A DNA stretch of 64,000 bases. Origin: Trichoplax sp. H2. Its lineage: Eukaryota. Below the pieces are notes generated by a model. It did no database searches and had not been told where the DNA came from. It saw only the letters and a program-made list of their open reading frames with translations. Positions 1 through 12,763 of this stretch are shown one piece after another. The DNA is taken from assembly GCA_003344405.1 (NCBI GenBank), contig NOWV01000018.1, positions 248,001-312,000 of the forward strand, given 5' to 3'. A program made the position numbers and the translations under genes. Within the stretch, counting starts at the first letter, position 1, and every line of letters begins with the position of its first letter.

Positions 1-72
1 AAAATAATTTTCTTTGGGTTGATGTGTCTATTTGTGGTGCTGTTATGACTAACATTTGTATGATTGCTTCAG

Positions 73-932
73 TTACCTAGCTTAGGACACATTCCACGCT
101 TTTTTCAAAGCATGAGTTCTAGAAATGATGCCATACCTAAAGCTTCTGTCACTGTTGTGCACACGATTACCTCTAGTGATGTAAGTCAGATGATTAATTT
201 TATTAGTAATACGAAATACGGTGTAAGGAAGATTCATATTTGATTATTTTTGTGTAATAAATTAACAGATTTGTATTAGAGCTATGACGGAGACCGAATG
301 CATTGGTTCAGTTATGGTTGCAATGAAGAAAAGACCCGACATCATAGGGCTAGCTTGTGAGGCGTATTATAATATGTTTGAACACAAGGAAAGCGCTTTT
401 GTTCAACAGGTTTGGAAAGAACGATTAGACATTATTATCGTCTGTAGCGCTTTCTTATTGTAATTTAATAATACTGCATAGGCCCTCAAAGCAGAAGTTG
501 TACCATATTTACTGAGCTTACTAGATTGCGGCTTAGAAACTGTTCCGAACGCTGCTTCAACAAAGGCTCAGATTGTCAAAGCCCTCAAAGCTATGGCAAT
601 GGATTTACAACACGGAGAACAGGTATAGTAAAAACTACTGGTAGCTAATGTTTCCTTAGAAATTCTTATTGTACAGAATCGGCTAACCTGAGTTCGTGTG
701 CGAATGTTTCATAACTTAGATTGCCGCTATACTGGAACAGTCATCAGTTTGGGCGTCTTACAAAGATCAAAAGCATGATCTTTTTATTCAAGATACGAAT
801 ATTGCTGGTTACTTAACTGGACCAGTTGGCACAGCGGGATATTTGACTGCAGGTCCTGCTCATAGTTCTAACTTACCTGATGCACCTCCGCCACTTCAAA
901 ATTCTTCAATTCATCAAGAAGATGATGATTGA
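73..932 (+). CDS. DNAJC13: DnaJ homolog subfamily C member 13 / RME-8, last four exons (gene starts upstream of the window)
   Basis: GT-AG exons 73-180, 269-409, 482-622 and 720-932 join in frame: [14 protein letters not shown]...[13 protein letters not shown]...[14 protein letters not shown]...[16 protein letters not shown]...AGYLTG...AGYLT...stop TGA 930-932. This matches the remembered RME-8 C-terminus. Confidence 0.95.
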
Positions 933-3900
933 TTATGAAATACAGTTATGAACTAGGAGCTATATTTACAAGTACTCTATTAGATAGATACTCTTGAATC
1001 AGTGATAAATTGTACAGTAAATTTAGGGTAACGAGATAATTTACTCGCGTTTGATCTCGGATAATTTCTAAAGATCTTTTGTAAGGTTAATCAATTTTAT
1101 ATCAGTGAATTTAAAACAAATCAAATGCTCCTTATTTGCAATTATTTCTCTATTAAAAATCTTGATGATGTGATTTTATGTCAACTATAAACAGCGAATT
1201 TTACCAGATTTTTTACCGTCGTATTGTTCAATACAATATACAGTTGGCGTTCAATCTTAAAGTCCTTGGTGATGTGGTTTAAATGATTTTGTACAAGCGT
1301 ATAGTGAACAGTATTACGTTAGTGCTCTTCAATCTATTAGATTTGCTTTTCCAAGTTAAAATCACAATTTGTAACAACACTTTCTGTCCATAAAATTTAT
1401 GCAAAATTCTTATACGATAAACAGCATTGAGTCTATCCTAGAAAAATTTTGTCAGCTGTAATTGCCTACTGCGTTTATTCTTTCATTAGTCTATGAGTCT
1501 CGGTATAGTATGGATTCCTTGAAAACTAGTAAAATTTATCTTGTTGTACGTGTATTATCACCGAATAAACTAATAAACTTATCATAATTAATGAGATCAA
1601 TTAAAATAGTACAGTAGTCTGCTCACTTGTGAAATTATACTAAAGAAATAAAATTTATCATTTAAGATGTCTGCGAGTGTATAATATCCGACACTAGTAA
1701 ATTACTACCAGTAATTACTGTATATAATAATCTTAAAAGTACAGTATGCGTATTACCTGGTCAGCATTGGTATAGAGCATCATTGCTGACGATTATATAT
1801 ATGTAGTTATAATACTAATACAAGTATACTGTAATGATGTAGTTTCAGATAATCATGCAACTAGCGTTTCCAGCTTTCTAATTTGTTATACAGCATGCAG
1901 TATAGCTTTGAAATACGGATGTTTGGCTTAATTTGTATTTTAACGTTATTTAGCATCTCGAACCAGTTGCATGCTTCCATTCATAGCTCATGGCATAATC
2001 GTAGCTATTCTACAGGTCAAAAGCGTACTATTGCTTAGACTTTGAAAGTAATTATGCAAAGATTCGGTATTAATATCATTTGATTTCGGAATTTGTTCAA
2101 GTTGCGGTATTTGAACACTCTTTGAATATTGATTGTCTTTGATGGATGCCATTCATACACATAATATTAGTACCCCTTCCTTAGGCTATAAATATCAAGT
2201 GCAGTAATTACAGTCTTTTTAAGTTAACGGAAGTATGGAAACAACCATTTATTGCATTTATACTTAAAAGGTAGAGTTTAATTGCTTTTGATAGATACCT
2301 TGATATCAATAACTTCTTGAGCGAAAGGTGTGAAATAGAACTGTTCTACCGCCTCTCTGTGTGCCTAGAGCATGCTTGTGATTTTCCGCTATATCTCAAA
2401 AATCACCTCTTTGCTCTAAGATCTCTCTTGTATCTCACTGAAAATCAAGTCATCAAATCTCAGCAAACATTCCCACCCCGTTATATTACTGGTAGCAAGC
2501 AGATTGTTATTATATAAAGATTCGAAAATACCAGTTTGATCGTTCTAGATGAATGCCTTAGCGTTAGAAACTCTACCTTGTGATATGGATATTAAGTAAT
2601 TACTGTCCTACCGAAATCTGTAAACAGAAAATTGTTATACTGTATAGAGAGAGAGAGAGATGAAGATAGTAGTTTGATAGTTCTTGATAGATAGCATGGA
2701 ATGGGATCAATAAATCCTTTCTTGGCCTGTAGCTGTATCTATATCGTAACATTTGATCATGTCTCGTAAATAATTTGTATGGGAAGGAAATGTTTCTGTC
2801 TGCTGTTTTGTTGTATTGATAGGTGGTTATTTTTAAAACATGACAAGATAGCTATTTATCTACGTATCATATGTATCGAAACAGTAGTAAAAATTTATTA
2901 TTGAGCTTCTGTAGTTGAAATGCTATTCATTCAAATAGCACTGGCTCTATCTTTGGAAATACGCTGATACTTGTTATATTATACTTTGTTTCGTTCTTCT
3001 GACAGATATTTGCAGTTCACTCACAGATTATTTCACTAAATTAATTTATCTAAGCATCATGAATCTTCGATATCACGTTGAGCTGGCTGTCAAGATAAAT
3101 GCTAATTTTACTAAAGGTTATTTTTCTCTGGTGTTTTTTTCGTAAATTTGTAAAAGAATGAATGTGATCGATAATTGCCTTACCATGCATCTAACGCGAG
3201 ATGTTCGTACGATCTTTCCAGTGAATTACTACGAGCAAAAAGTCTGTCGTTTGTTTAAAAAATTTAATTATAGCTTACAAGCAAAGCCAAATGTACTACA
3301 GTCTTAAATTGATCTTTAAATCCTAGGTGATACAGTATCATAGGACGCTATCATCTATTGTACGCGTATTATTATTAGCCTAAGGTGCATGCTAATTGAA
3401 TCAGATTTTTTATTTTTTCCGTCTATATCTGATGCATTCGTAGCCCTTTGAACGAGTTTATCAGTATATTCCAATCTACATCATTTAGTTTGATAAAGCG
3501 AAGTTGCTAGTCCAATTTGTTAACAGATTTCATGATAGGGTTTCCCTTAAAGTTAGTTCGTTCATCCTTCTTCTAATGTTATAATAGTTAAAGTACAATC
3601 GCTCTACTCTAGACTCTAGAGTCATAAGAGGCACGAGTCTATCTGAACGGTGCTCTATTTCCTGTTTACTTTTGTATGAATGACTACTTCTACTATAGCT
3701 TGTAAATGATATAGAATTTAAACTGTAATCAACTGGTGATCAGATACGATTTCTATCTGCATAAAATTGACGTACTCGTATCATTACGCATTCAGATTTC
3801 TCTATCAATAAACAAGCTTAGAATAGCCAATTGCTGTGTTGCAACAAGATTGCTATATTCGTACGTGTAGCCAATATATTCGGTGAATTGAATGACTATA

Positions 3901-6900
3901 GAAGGAAAGAAGGGAAATTTACAGTTATTCCATTCGATTTACGTAAGATATGAGTAACACAACGATATCCGTAATTAGAACGATGATATAATTCTTGGTC
4001 ATAATTTGCTTTCTCTACAATAAGCACAAACATGCCTCCATTGATACTTTCTAATGTACAAACAAATATTCTACAATAGCTAAACGGGCATACTTGTATA
4101 TTTTCATCATCATTTTACTTCAGGCTTCTGGTAATATACAGTACATGGTCTCATTGCAACTGTAGACTACGTTTGGTACAGCATTTACTTACTGTAGGTA
4201 CTACGGCGCTGACCATTTATTTGTCGATATTCCTTCATGATTGTTGATTGATAACACGTTAAATCTTAATCTTATTGGCCACAAAGATTATACGATAAAG
4301 TTCTACTTATTGGCTACAGCATTTTATCTGATCTAAAGCAAATCATTGCAGAGTGGGTATGCAGGATACTGTACTGTACGAAATGGAACTTTATCTTATC
4401 ATTCATTTCAAATCTTGATTAATTATTGCGATATTTCCTAGAGTATTGTTAGATCAAGAAGGACAAAAATAACAACAATTAATCTATCGATGGTGATATG
4501 AATTATCATCACCGTAAGTATTTTAGTACAGTACGTATTTAGTAGTTGATAAAGATGCTATGCATGAGGTTGATAGAATAAGAATGCGCCTATTCTGCTC
4601 GTTGTTAGCATACTCTACTCTTAAACTGAGTAGCAAAGATGGACAATAACAACAACAATAAATAATCGGCCTTAATATCCTACTTAGAGCTAGTCCTTGA
4701 CTGATATCATTTATTTCAATATCAATATGAGTATAGTGCAATATCTTTTTTGCTCTATGGATTTATCTATGTTGACAGCAGATTGTTGATTACTACTGCA
4801 GGGTAGTAGAGTATTAGTCTACACATACGATGATGTTAATGATGAAATTAACACCAAGAAGCAGCAACAACAGTTTACCCTCCGTCCTCATTCATCTCAC
4901 ACCTATTCGTGTGAAAGATGAGTCATGAACTTATGAAAAATTAATTTTCAAAAAGTCCCTAGATGAGTTATGCCAGTGTATATGCAAAGATACATAAACA
5001 TTAGAGTTAGGACTATTCGCATAAGTATTTATTCAGAGCAGGAAGCAGCTACTAGATCGCTATAGAATACGTAATCTATTGTCATAATTGAATGGTAAAT
5101 TAACTCCCAAAGGCTATTTTCTACGTAAGGATATCCTGCTGTCTACTACTTATGGACAGTAGACTACTATTATATTGGCATCTCCAATAGGGGCTAGGCG
5201 GCACGAACTTTGCACCAAATTCTTATGCAAATAGGAAAAACAGTACAGTATAGTGTACGCTATACGCTTATAACTCAGCAGCAATAGTGTGGTTAGTTAT
5301 TACAGTGCTTACGGTATAAAAGCATTATCCTGTTCCTATATATTACAGTAGTTCTAGCCAGATTGCATTAATTTAATTACGTTGAGGAAGAAGGTACCCC
5401 GTTTATATAGCAAATAGCTTTGGCTAATTTGAATTTGGATTCATCATAGTGATCAAAGGAAAGAAAGACAGTCGTCACAATATCGACCATTACTAGTGTA
5501 AAAAAAATCAATTGTAGCTAGCTACCCCTATGAGAGCGATATCTTGACGGTACATCTAATACTGGTAAGTACTGAGCTCAATCTTATAAAGTACTCTATC
5601 AAAAACTGCTTAATGATGCAAAAATAAATACTACTGCTAATGCTAAAGGATGTTATCTAGTGGACGTTGATTGCAATCGCGTTTTTCAATTCATGGAGAT
5701 TAAATTAATGGATGGTGGGATCGTCACTTTTTAATTAGAGGTAGCAAATGGTGACTGACTATTACCTTGATTACGATAAATGGTTGTAGAGAAAGTTATT
5801 ACGAAATAAATGAAGTTGTAATCAATTGGCAAAAAACCCCCTAAAATACAGTACGCGTATATAATTGTAATTAATTGTTGGATCGTCAAATGGAAATTTC
5901 GCAACCGGCATTAACCTCCGTCAAGGCAGATAGTATGGCCTGTCTTTGACCATCATTTTATTTTTGATTTCTATCTCTTGCACGATTTTGCATCTTACAG
6001 TAACTTGCAAACGCCGGAAAAATGATTGACATTGATCCAATGGCTGCCATTTTCAAACTACTTCTGAAGAGTAACGTTAATATTTTGGCAAGGAAAGTAG
6101 TGCTTTATTTTAGACGCCCATACGAGATGTTGACTTTACGACTCAAAAGGGATACTAGGCCTACGTACAGTTATAATGTGATGATTATTTTGGCGAATTA
6201 TAAAGTACAGTACAGTGAAGTAATCTGATAGGACTGAAATGGTGATTAGGCGTTTTCTGCCACCCTTACACACTGCAGTCAGTTTTTTATTTAATTATAT
6301 ATTATTCACCAGTTAATTAACGACGTGTGTTCAAGATCTATGTACAGTACTCTGTTCGCCAACTACAGTAAGTTATGATTTGTAATCACAGACACATGCC
6401 ATGAAGATTTAATCAGCACTTACTGCAGATTTTCTTTAGAAGAGAATATTCATTTGAGCGAGTTTATCGCTCAAGTTTACTCTAATCTGGCACGGGTTTT
6501 AGCTTTCATGATGTCTTTTAAAAAGTCTAGTGCGATCAGAATATTGTTCCATTTTAACTATGTCTGTGCCCCCTCGTGATTATTTCGCATTGAATAACGT
6601 AAAGCGATCAAGTGATCATATTTGCCTTTTTATGACAAGTTTGCTTTGCTAAATCACCACTTAGCTGATTTTACTGGATTCTACGTACTGTAATGTAGGT
6701 TATATTGATTTTAAGCTGCTGGGCTTAATTAATATTTTGTAGCTCAACTCTTTAGCAGTGTACATGTTAAACTAGTAAACGTAATCTTATGACAACTTGC
6801 ATACAATGAACTTTTACATTATTAAAAACGGAATATAATAAGCAATTGTGTTCATGTTTACCGATGCTTACGAAGACGTATAATCCATTCTCCAATCAAT

Positions 6901-7083
6901 AACCTGATTATTATATTATTCCGCTCTTAAAATGGTAATTAATTGCTCGCTACCCTAGCATAATGCATACATGTTACACGTATTAATAGTCCGATAGTGT
7001 CCATGGATGGACTTTAACTCGTATGGTCATTCTAATGGAATCCCAAGAGATTCACCTTTTCTACGCATAAAAAACATTAAAAA

Positions 7084-8339
7084 ATGTCCGTGCCTGCTGT
7101 GACTGAAATTATAGCAGATATAGAAAATGATGTAGTAACTGCTGAAATGATATTGTATAAAGGAGAAAAGTGTGAACACGAGGTACTTTAGTGCTTTATG
7201 CAAGTTTGCACTTAGTTTAGGTCAGTTATAATTTGAGAAAATTTCTATACCCAATGAGCTTAGAATCCATTTTACAATGTAAACGAATATAAGATGAAAT
7301 CTATTCTATATGTACATTATACAAGTCATGTTTGCTGTCTTCTTTATCAAAGTAAATATTATTCTATTGATTATGATTAGTTCTGTACAGTGTACATGAA
7401 CTTGCTTGTATTGTAATTTAAATTCTTGTATTTTGGAAGAATTGTACGCTTCGACAACGCTGACATGTAGTCAAGTTTATTATTGATGAAGGGCGCATCC
7501 TAAAATTTAAAATTTATTGCTTTCTATGCGGCATATTGAACATTTTGGTTGAATAATATCTATCTACAGGTCCTGTTTTATTTCATCAAATGATCAATCA
7601 GCCATAGTTAACCTTGTAGTGCAAGCTTTCGACTAATATACTGTAATTTAAGGGCAGTTAAATGCTACTGTAGTGATGATAATGATTATTCAGCAAGTGT
7701 GGTAATAACCATACATGTAAATGTCCTATTAAGTTATTCAACGGGGCATTTTTAATTCATTTCCTTAATCGATATTTCTATTAGTAATCTAAATCAGGAT
7801 TGGTTGAACTATACGTTAATGATAATCGAATACACCTTACCATGTATCATTGACAAACATTGAATGGAGCTGCAAGGCATGTTCAAAATATTACTTATAG
7901 CAGATAGTATCATGAAACCCTGATACCCCTGATATTGCTGACTTGGAAGCGGAAAGGAAAGAGTTTGAGATTTGCATTTCAGTTCTGGCCACAAAACGCA
8001 CTTGATTCAAGTAGTCATTTGAAGTTCAAGATTTACAATATAGTTCATAATTGAATTTCTATAATTGGAGGGGATTGTACATTACACATTATATGCGTTC
8101 TACAAATTCCAGTCTACAGTACAATAACTTTGAGCCTAGTGTCGCTGTTGAATATACTACATCGTAGCCATAGATGATAATAAAAGCTTCTTGCTCACCC
8201 AATTTTTATTATCTTTCCTTTTCCACTACTGTAGGTCGGTATCATGGATGATAATAATGATGATAAATTCGATACGCGCGCCGAGCTCGAACGCAGACGT
8301 CAAGAGCAATTCAGAAGAAGTAAAAGCTGTGGTTTGCCG
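7084..8339 (+). CDS. Candidate 5' coding exons of the supervillin-like gene
   Basis: Exon 7084-7182 (ATG start, MSVPAVTEIIADIENDVVTAEMILYKGEKCEHE, donor GAG|gtactt) and exon 8235-8339 (tag|VGIMDDNNDDKFDTRAELERRRQEQFRRSKSCGLP|gtatgt) are both phase 0. They are compatible with the phase-0 acceptor at 12764. There is no homology support. Confidence 0.55.
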
Positions 8340-8701
8340 GTATGTTGTCAACAGGTTTAGATTGTGTCAACAATATTGGTTTTATATTTTTATTGAGTAG
8401 AGCATTTGCAATGGGAGGTATACTGATGAATGTGCAGTACATTCATACGGATCAATATTATATTCCAAAATTTCATAACGACTTATTACTACCCATTCTC
8501 ACACCCGCTCTTTCAACAGGTATAAGCCACTAGTACGTATAAATGTACTCGTAAAAAAATGGCATCAACATTCAAATGATGTGTGCATAGTTTCCAGAAA
8601 TAAGCTAAGATTAATTGCAATTGAGGCTTTAGAAAACGATGCAATAGCACGAAATTCATTTTGAAAAAAAGTTTTAAACATTTCGTAATTATAGGTTCAT
8701 G

Positions 8702-9033
8702 AACATGAAATACTACTAGTAGGTGTGATTCCATGGGTTTACTGAGGCCATTTGTTAATAAATGTTAATAAAGAAACATTCTACATGCCGAGAAGTTCAT
8801 ACGAGTATCATATCCTAGACATGGACGCATAAACATGAAATACTACTAGTAGATGTGATTCCACGGCTTTACTAAGGCCATTTGTTAATAAATGTAAATA
8901 AAAGAAACATTTTACATGCCGATACGTTCATGCGAGTATGATATCCTAGACATGGACGCATAAGCATGAAATACTATTAGTAGATGTGATTCTACGGCTT
9001 TGCTGAGGCCATTTTGCTAAGAAGTGCTAATAA
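8702..9033. repeat. Tandem repeat, ~130-bp unit, ~2.5 copies (intronic)
   Basis: The unit start (a[ag]catgaaatact[ac]..agtag[ag]tgtgatt) recurs at 8702, 8832 and 8963. Confidence 0.9.
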
Positions 9034-10571
9034 AAGTACAGTGTCAATACTACTGTAATATGATAATAATGAGTCACTGGCGTTTTACAAACCATGATCG
9101 GAAATTGAATACTGTTGTTGAATGATATTGAGTAAAACTTGTGGCACGGTAGATGTATTTGAGCTACGTTGGTGTTTTCGATCATTTAAAATTATAATGA
9201 ATAATAATTATTGTTAGGCCTGTCAAGCAACGGTATGAAGACTTGTGCTAGGTTCGCCTATTTGGGTCGTTGAGGGCCATAGGAATTGGAGATCGCTGCG
9301 CCACTGAAAGGCCATGACTCTTGGAATAAGATTGATACTCGATCTACATTAGTTCAGTAGTTGGATTATAGTAGTTTCTCGAAGGGCTGCAGTCTTGTAC
9401 TTTAAATTTGGGGGATCGGTAATGGTTCATTATATATATATATATTGTATTAACTAATCAAGTCATTATCAATTTCTACCCATAAACTGGTCAGATATGT
9501 AAGATTCGTTTACCGTAGATAAACTGATGGAAGACTTGAGTTTAAATTGCATTTTTTGAGTCTACACTACGTAGGAGTATTTCATAAGCACGGCATGCCA
9601 TCTATTCATTCAAGTCCATACGCCATGCTAGTAAGAGGGACTACTCCAAGAAAGGAGTTTCCTCCATAACCGCATCGACAATACACGAAGGGGGTCAAGA
9701 TGACCAATAACCTTCCTTAAATAACTGACGTTGTCTATAGCGAATAAATGCATCCAAATTACTGATTTCCAACTCTTTCTACCTATGTATTTTATCGTGC
9801 AATGGCTACCTATAGCCTATACTTTCAAATTGAATCCATCTGTTATTCCTGCAGACATGTTGGATTGCAAGCCATTTCTCCAACTGTCATGTCGGTCGGT
9901 ATAAGACGAGTGTTGCTATTATTTATATAGCTCGGGTGGTATTGTTTGAACACCGGCTAGTAAAACGTCATCGCATGGCTTTTTGTTGATTTTCTTCCTA
10001 TTGGCTGTCGTTATTGTCAATAGTATATCGTATACACTCAATAGCGTACCATAAAACACTATAGCATGAGCCATTACCATGGGCTTATTTCTCATTGAAA
10101 TTCATCTTAGAAGCACCCTTTTAAAAAAATAAAAAAAAATAGCTTGCAGTCAATACAAGTTTTCTATCCTCCATTTCATTAGCCATTAGTTTATTCTTGG
10201 GCTTATCCTACCTGTATTTTTTTTTACAATCCTTTTACCTCAGCTACGCCTGTTGAGAAGGTATCGGAAGTAAGTGTTTATGCCTAGTGATTTTAGCCAA
10301 TACCATGTTGATGTTTAGATTAGATTGTTATTTCTACAAATTTAGCACATTTCATCAGTTCGGTATGAATAAATAGTTTAGACACGGTTAGGATAATATT
10401 GGAGGCAACTGGAAAGATGGATAGTAGAGTAGACTAGGCAATGGATGGTGTAGTCGATCAGGGTTAAATAGTTGAAATGGTTTGCCTGTAGTTATTGAAA
10501 GTTGCAATCCAATCGATTGACTTGGTACTTTTCCTGACTGCACACTGTGCAGTAGGCATTTGACCAACTGG

Positions 10572-12197
10572 ATGCTAGTGTTGTTTGTATGGACATGAAA
10601 ATATTGCCTGATAAACTATTCAATCTTGCAATGTACAGTAGAATGAAGATCAGACCTCAATTTGAATGTTTCTCCTCCTTTTTCATACCCTTTTCCAGTC
10701 AAAATTTCCTTCTTCTCTATCAACAGTTTCTCATACTCTATTCCTATGCAGTATTCTACCCTTCGTTACTGATTTTTGTTATGCTATTCGATCATATTAA
10801 CTGCTAGTGTTGATTGTATATATGTACGTGCATGTCAGAATAGATTGCTTGACCAACCATTGAATCTTACTGTGCAGCTGGCAATATAGAATGATGGACT
10901 ACTTACAGTACTCAATTCACTAGTCCTGGTAAAATAATGGTGGTCAGACCTCAATTTGAATTTTCTCTTCCCTTTTTCATGCTATTTTTCAGTCAAAATT
11001 TCCTTCTTCTCTGTGAAATTTCTCATTCCTATACTGTATTCTACCCTTCTTTACTCATTTTATGATGATATTCGATCATATTAACTGCTAGTGTTGATTG
11101 TATATATGTATGTGCATGTCAGAATAAGTTGTTTGACGAACCATTAAATCTTACAGTGCAGCAGGCAATATAGAATGATGGACTACTTACAGTACTCAAT
11201 TCACTAGTCCTGGTAAAATAATGGTGGTCAGACCTCAATTTGAATTTTCTCTTCCCTTTTTCAGCCAAACTTTGCTTCTTCCCTATCAAAAGTTTCTCAT
11301 TCTCTATTCCTATGCAGTATTCTACCCTTCTTTACTCATTTTGTTATGACATTCGATCATATTAACTGCTAGTGTTGATTGGATATACGTACGTGCATGT
11401 CAGAATAAGTTGTTTGACGAACCATTAAATCTTACAGTGCAGCAGGCAATATAGAATGATGGACTACTTACAGCACTCAATTCACTAGTCCTTGGTAAAA
11501 TAATGATGGTCAGACCTCAATTTGAATTTTCTCTTGCCTTTTTCAGTCAAACTTTGCTTCTTCCCTATCAAAAGTTTCTCATTCTCTATTCCTATGCAGC
11601 ATTCTACCCTTCGTTACTGATTCTTGTTATGATATTTTAAATGCTAGTGTTGATTGTACAGTATATCTATATAGTTATACAAAATATATTGTAAGTGCTT
11701 GTCAGAATAAGTTGCCTGACGAACCATTGAATCTTACAGTGCAGCAGGCAATGTAGAATGATGGTCTACGTACATTACTTAATTCACTAGTCCTGGTAAA
11801 ATAATGGTGGTCAGACCTCAATTTGAATTTTCTCCTCCCTTTTTCATTCTATTTTTCAGTCGAATTTCTCATTCTCTATTCCTATGCTGTGCACTACCCT
11901 TCGTTAGCGGTTATTATGGACTATAACTACAGTACAGTATTATATTATTAAACACATCAACTGCTAGTGTTGATGTACGCGTATGGACCTAAGAATATTG
12001 CCCAACAAAGCATATTCAATTTTGCAGACTGCAATGGTCGTCAGACCTAAATTTGAATTTTTTTCTTCCTTTTTTTATGCCCTTTTACAGTGAAAATTTC
12101 CTTCTTCTGTATGAAAAATTTCTTATACTCTATTCCTATGCTGTATTCTACCCGTCGTTAATTGTTATTATTATTATTATTCAATCACGTTAACCTA
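10572..12197. repeat. Tandem repeat, ~230-320-bp unit, ~6 copies (intronic)
   Basis: The anchor tgctagtgttg recurs near 10572, 10802, 11086, 11367, 11642 and 11962. Shared internal blocks include cagacctcaatttgaat and ctctattcctatgc..attctaccc. Confidence 0.92.
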
Positions 12198-12763
12198 CTA
12201 AAAACGACAGGACTATTTTTTTTAATCGATCAAGCATTTTGTTTCCACCTCTCGCTCCTTTTTTCAATGAAACGGCTATTCTTGTGTGAGGATTTAATAA
12301 GTCTATTTCTATAGGAATGGCGAATGTCATAATGGCAGCTAATGAAGCTTAGTTTATCTACTTAAAATCGGGAAATTTCAATACAGTGCTATTCTATTAA
12401 TGTAAAGTGATTGCCAAAATTGACAAAAAACACAATATTCAATTCTACAAACAAATTCATTGAGTCATACATACAGTTTAATCTATAGCTAGCCAACAAT
12501 ACGATTGGAATAATACGCAATTATGGTGCTAGCCTTACTGCTATTATTGCATAGAAACAGACATTGTTGGTTAGTGTTAAACGGAAGCTTGAACGCGCAA
12601 TAACTTAATTGAATTAATGTAATCTCGAACGGAAATGATTTTACACCTAACCATAGTGTATCTAGAGTTTAATTCTTAAAGAAAAACATAGAAAAATCGC
12701 CTTCAAATAATAATTGAATTGCTATTATATTCAAGCAGCTCATAACGATTTAATCTCATGTAG

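Noticed and set aside
6454-6474. 8-bp-stem hairpin (ttgagcga-N5-tcgctcaa) and similar short hairpins elsewhere
   Set aside because: Hairpins of this size are expected by chance in 64 kb, and there is no supporting context.
9215-9330. GC-richer patch containing GGTTCG, possible tRNA/SINE
   Set aside because: I could not build a cloverleaf or find properly spaced A/B boxes.
10880-11830. Tandem C/D-box snoRNA cluster (ATGATGG in most repeat units)
   Set aside because: The C box is imperfect, there is no consistent CTGA D box or terminal stem, and I recognise no rRNA-complementary guide.
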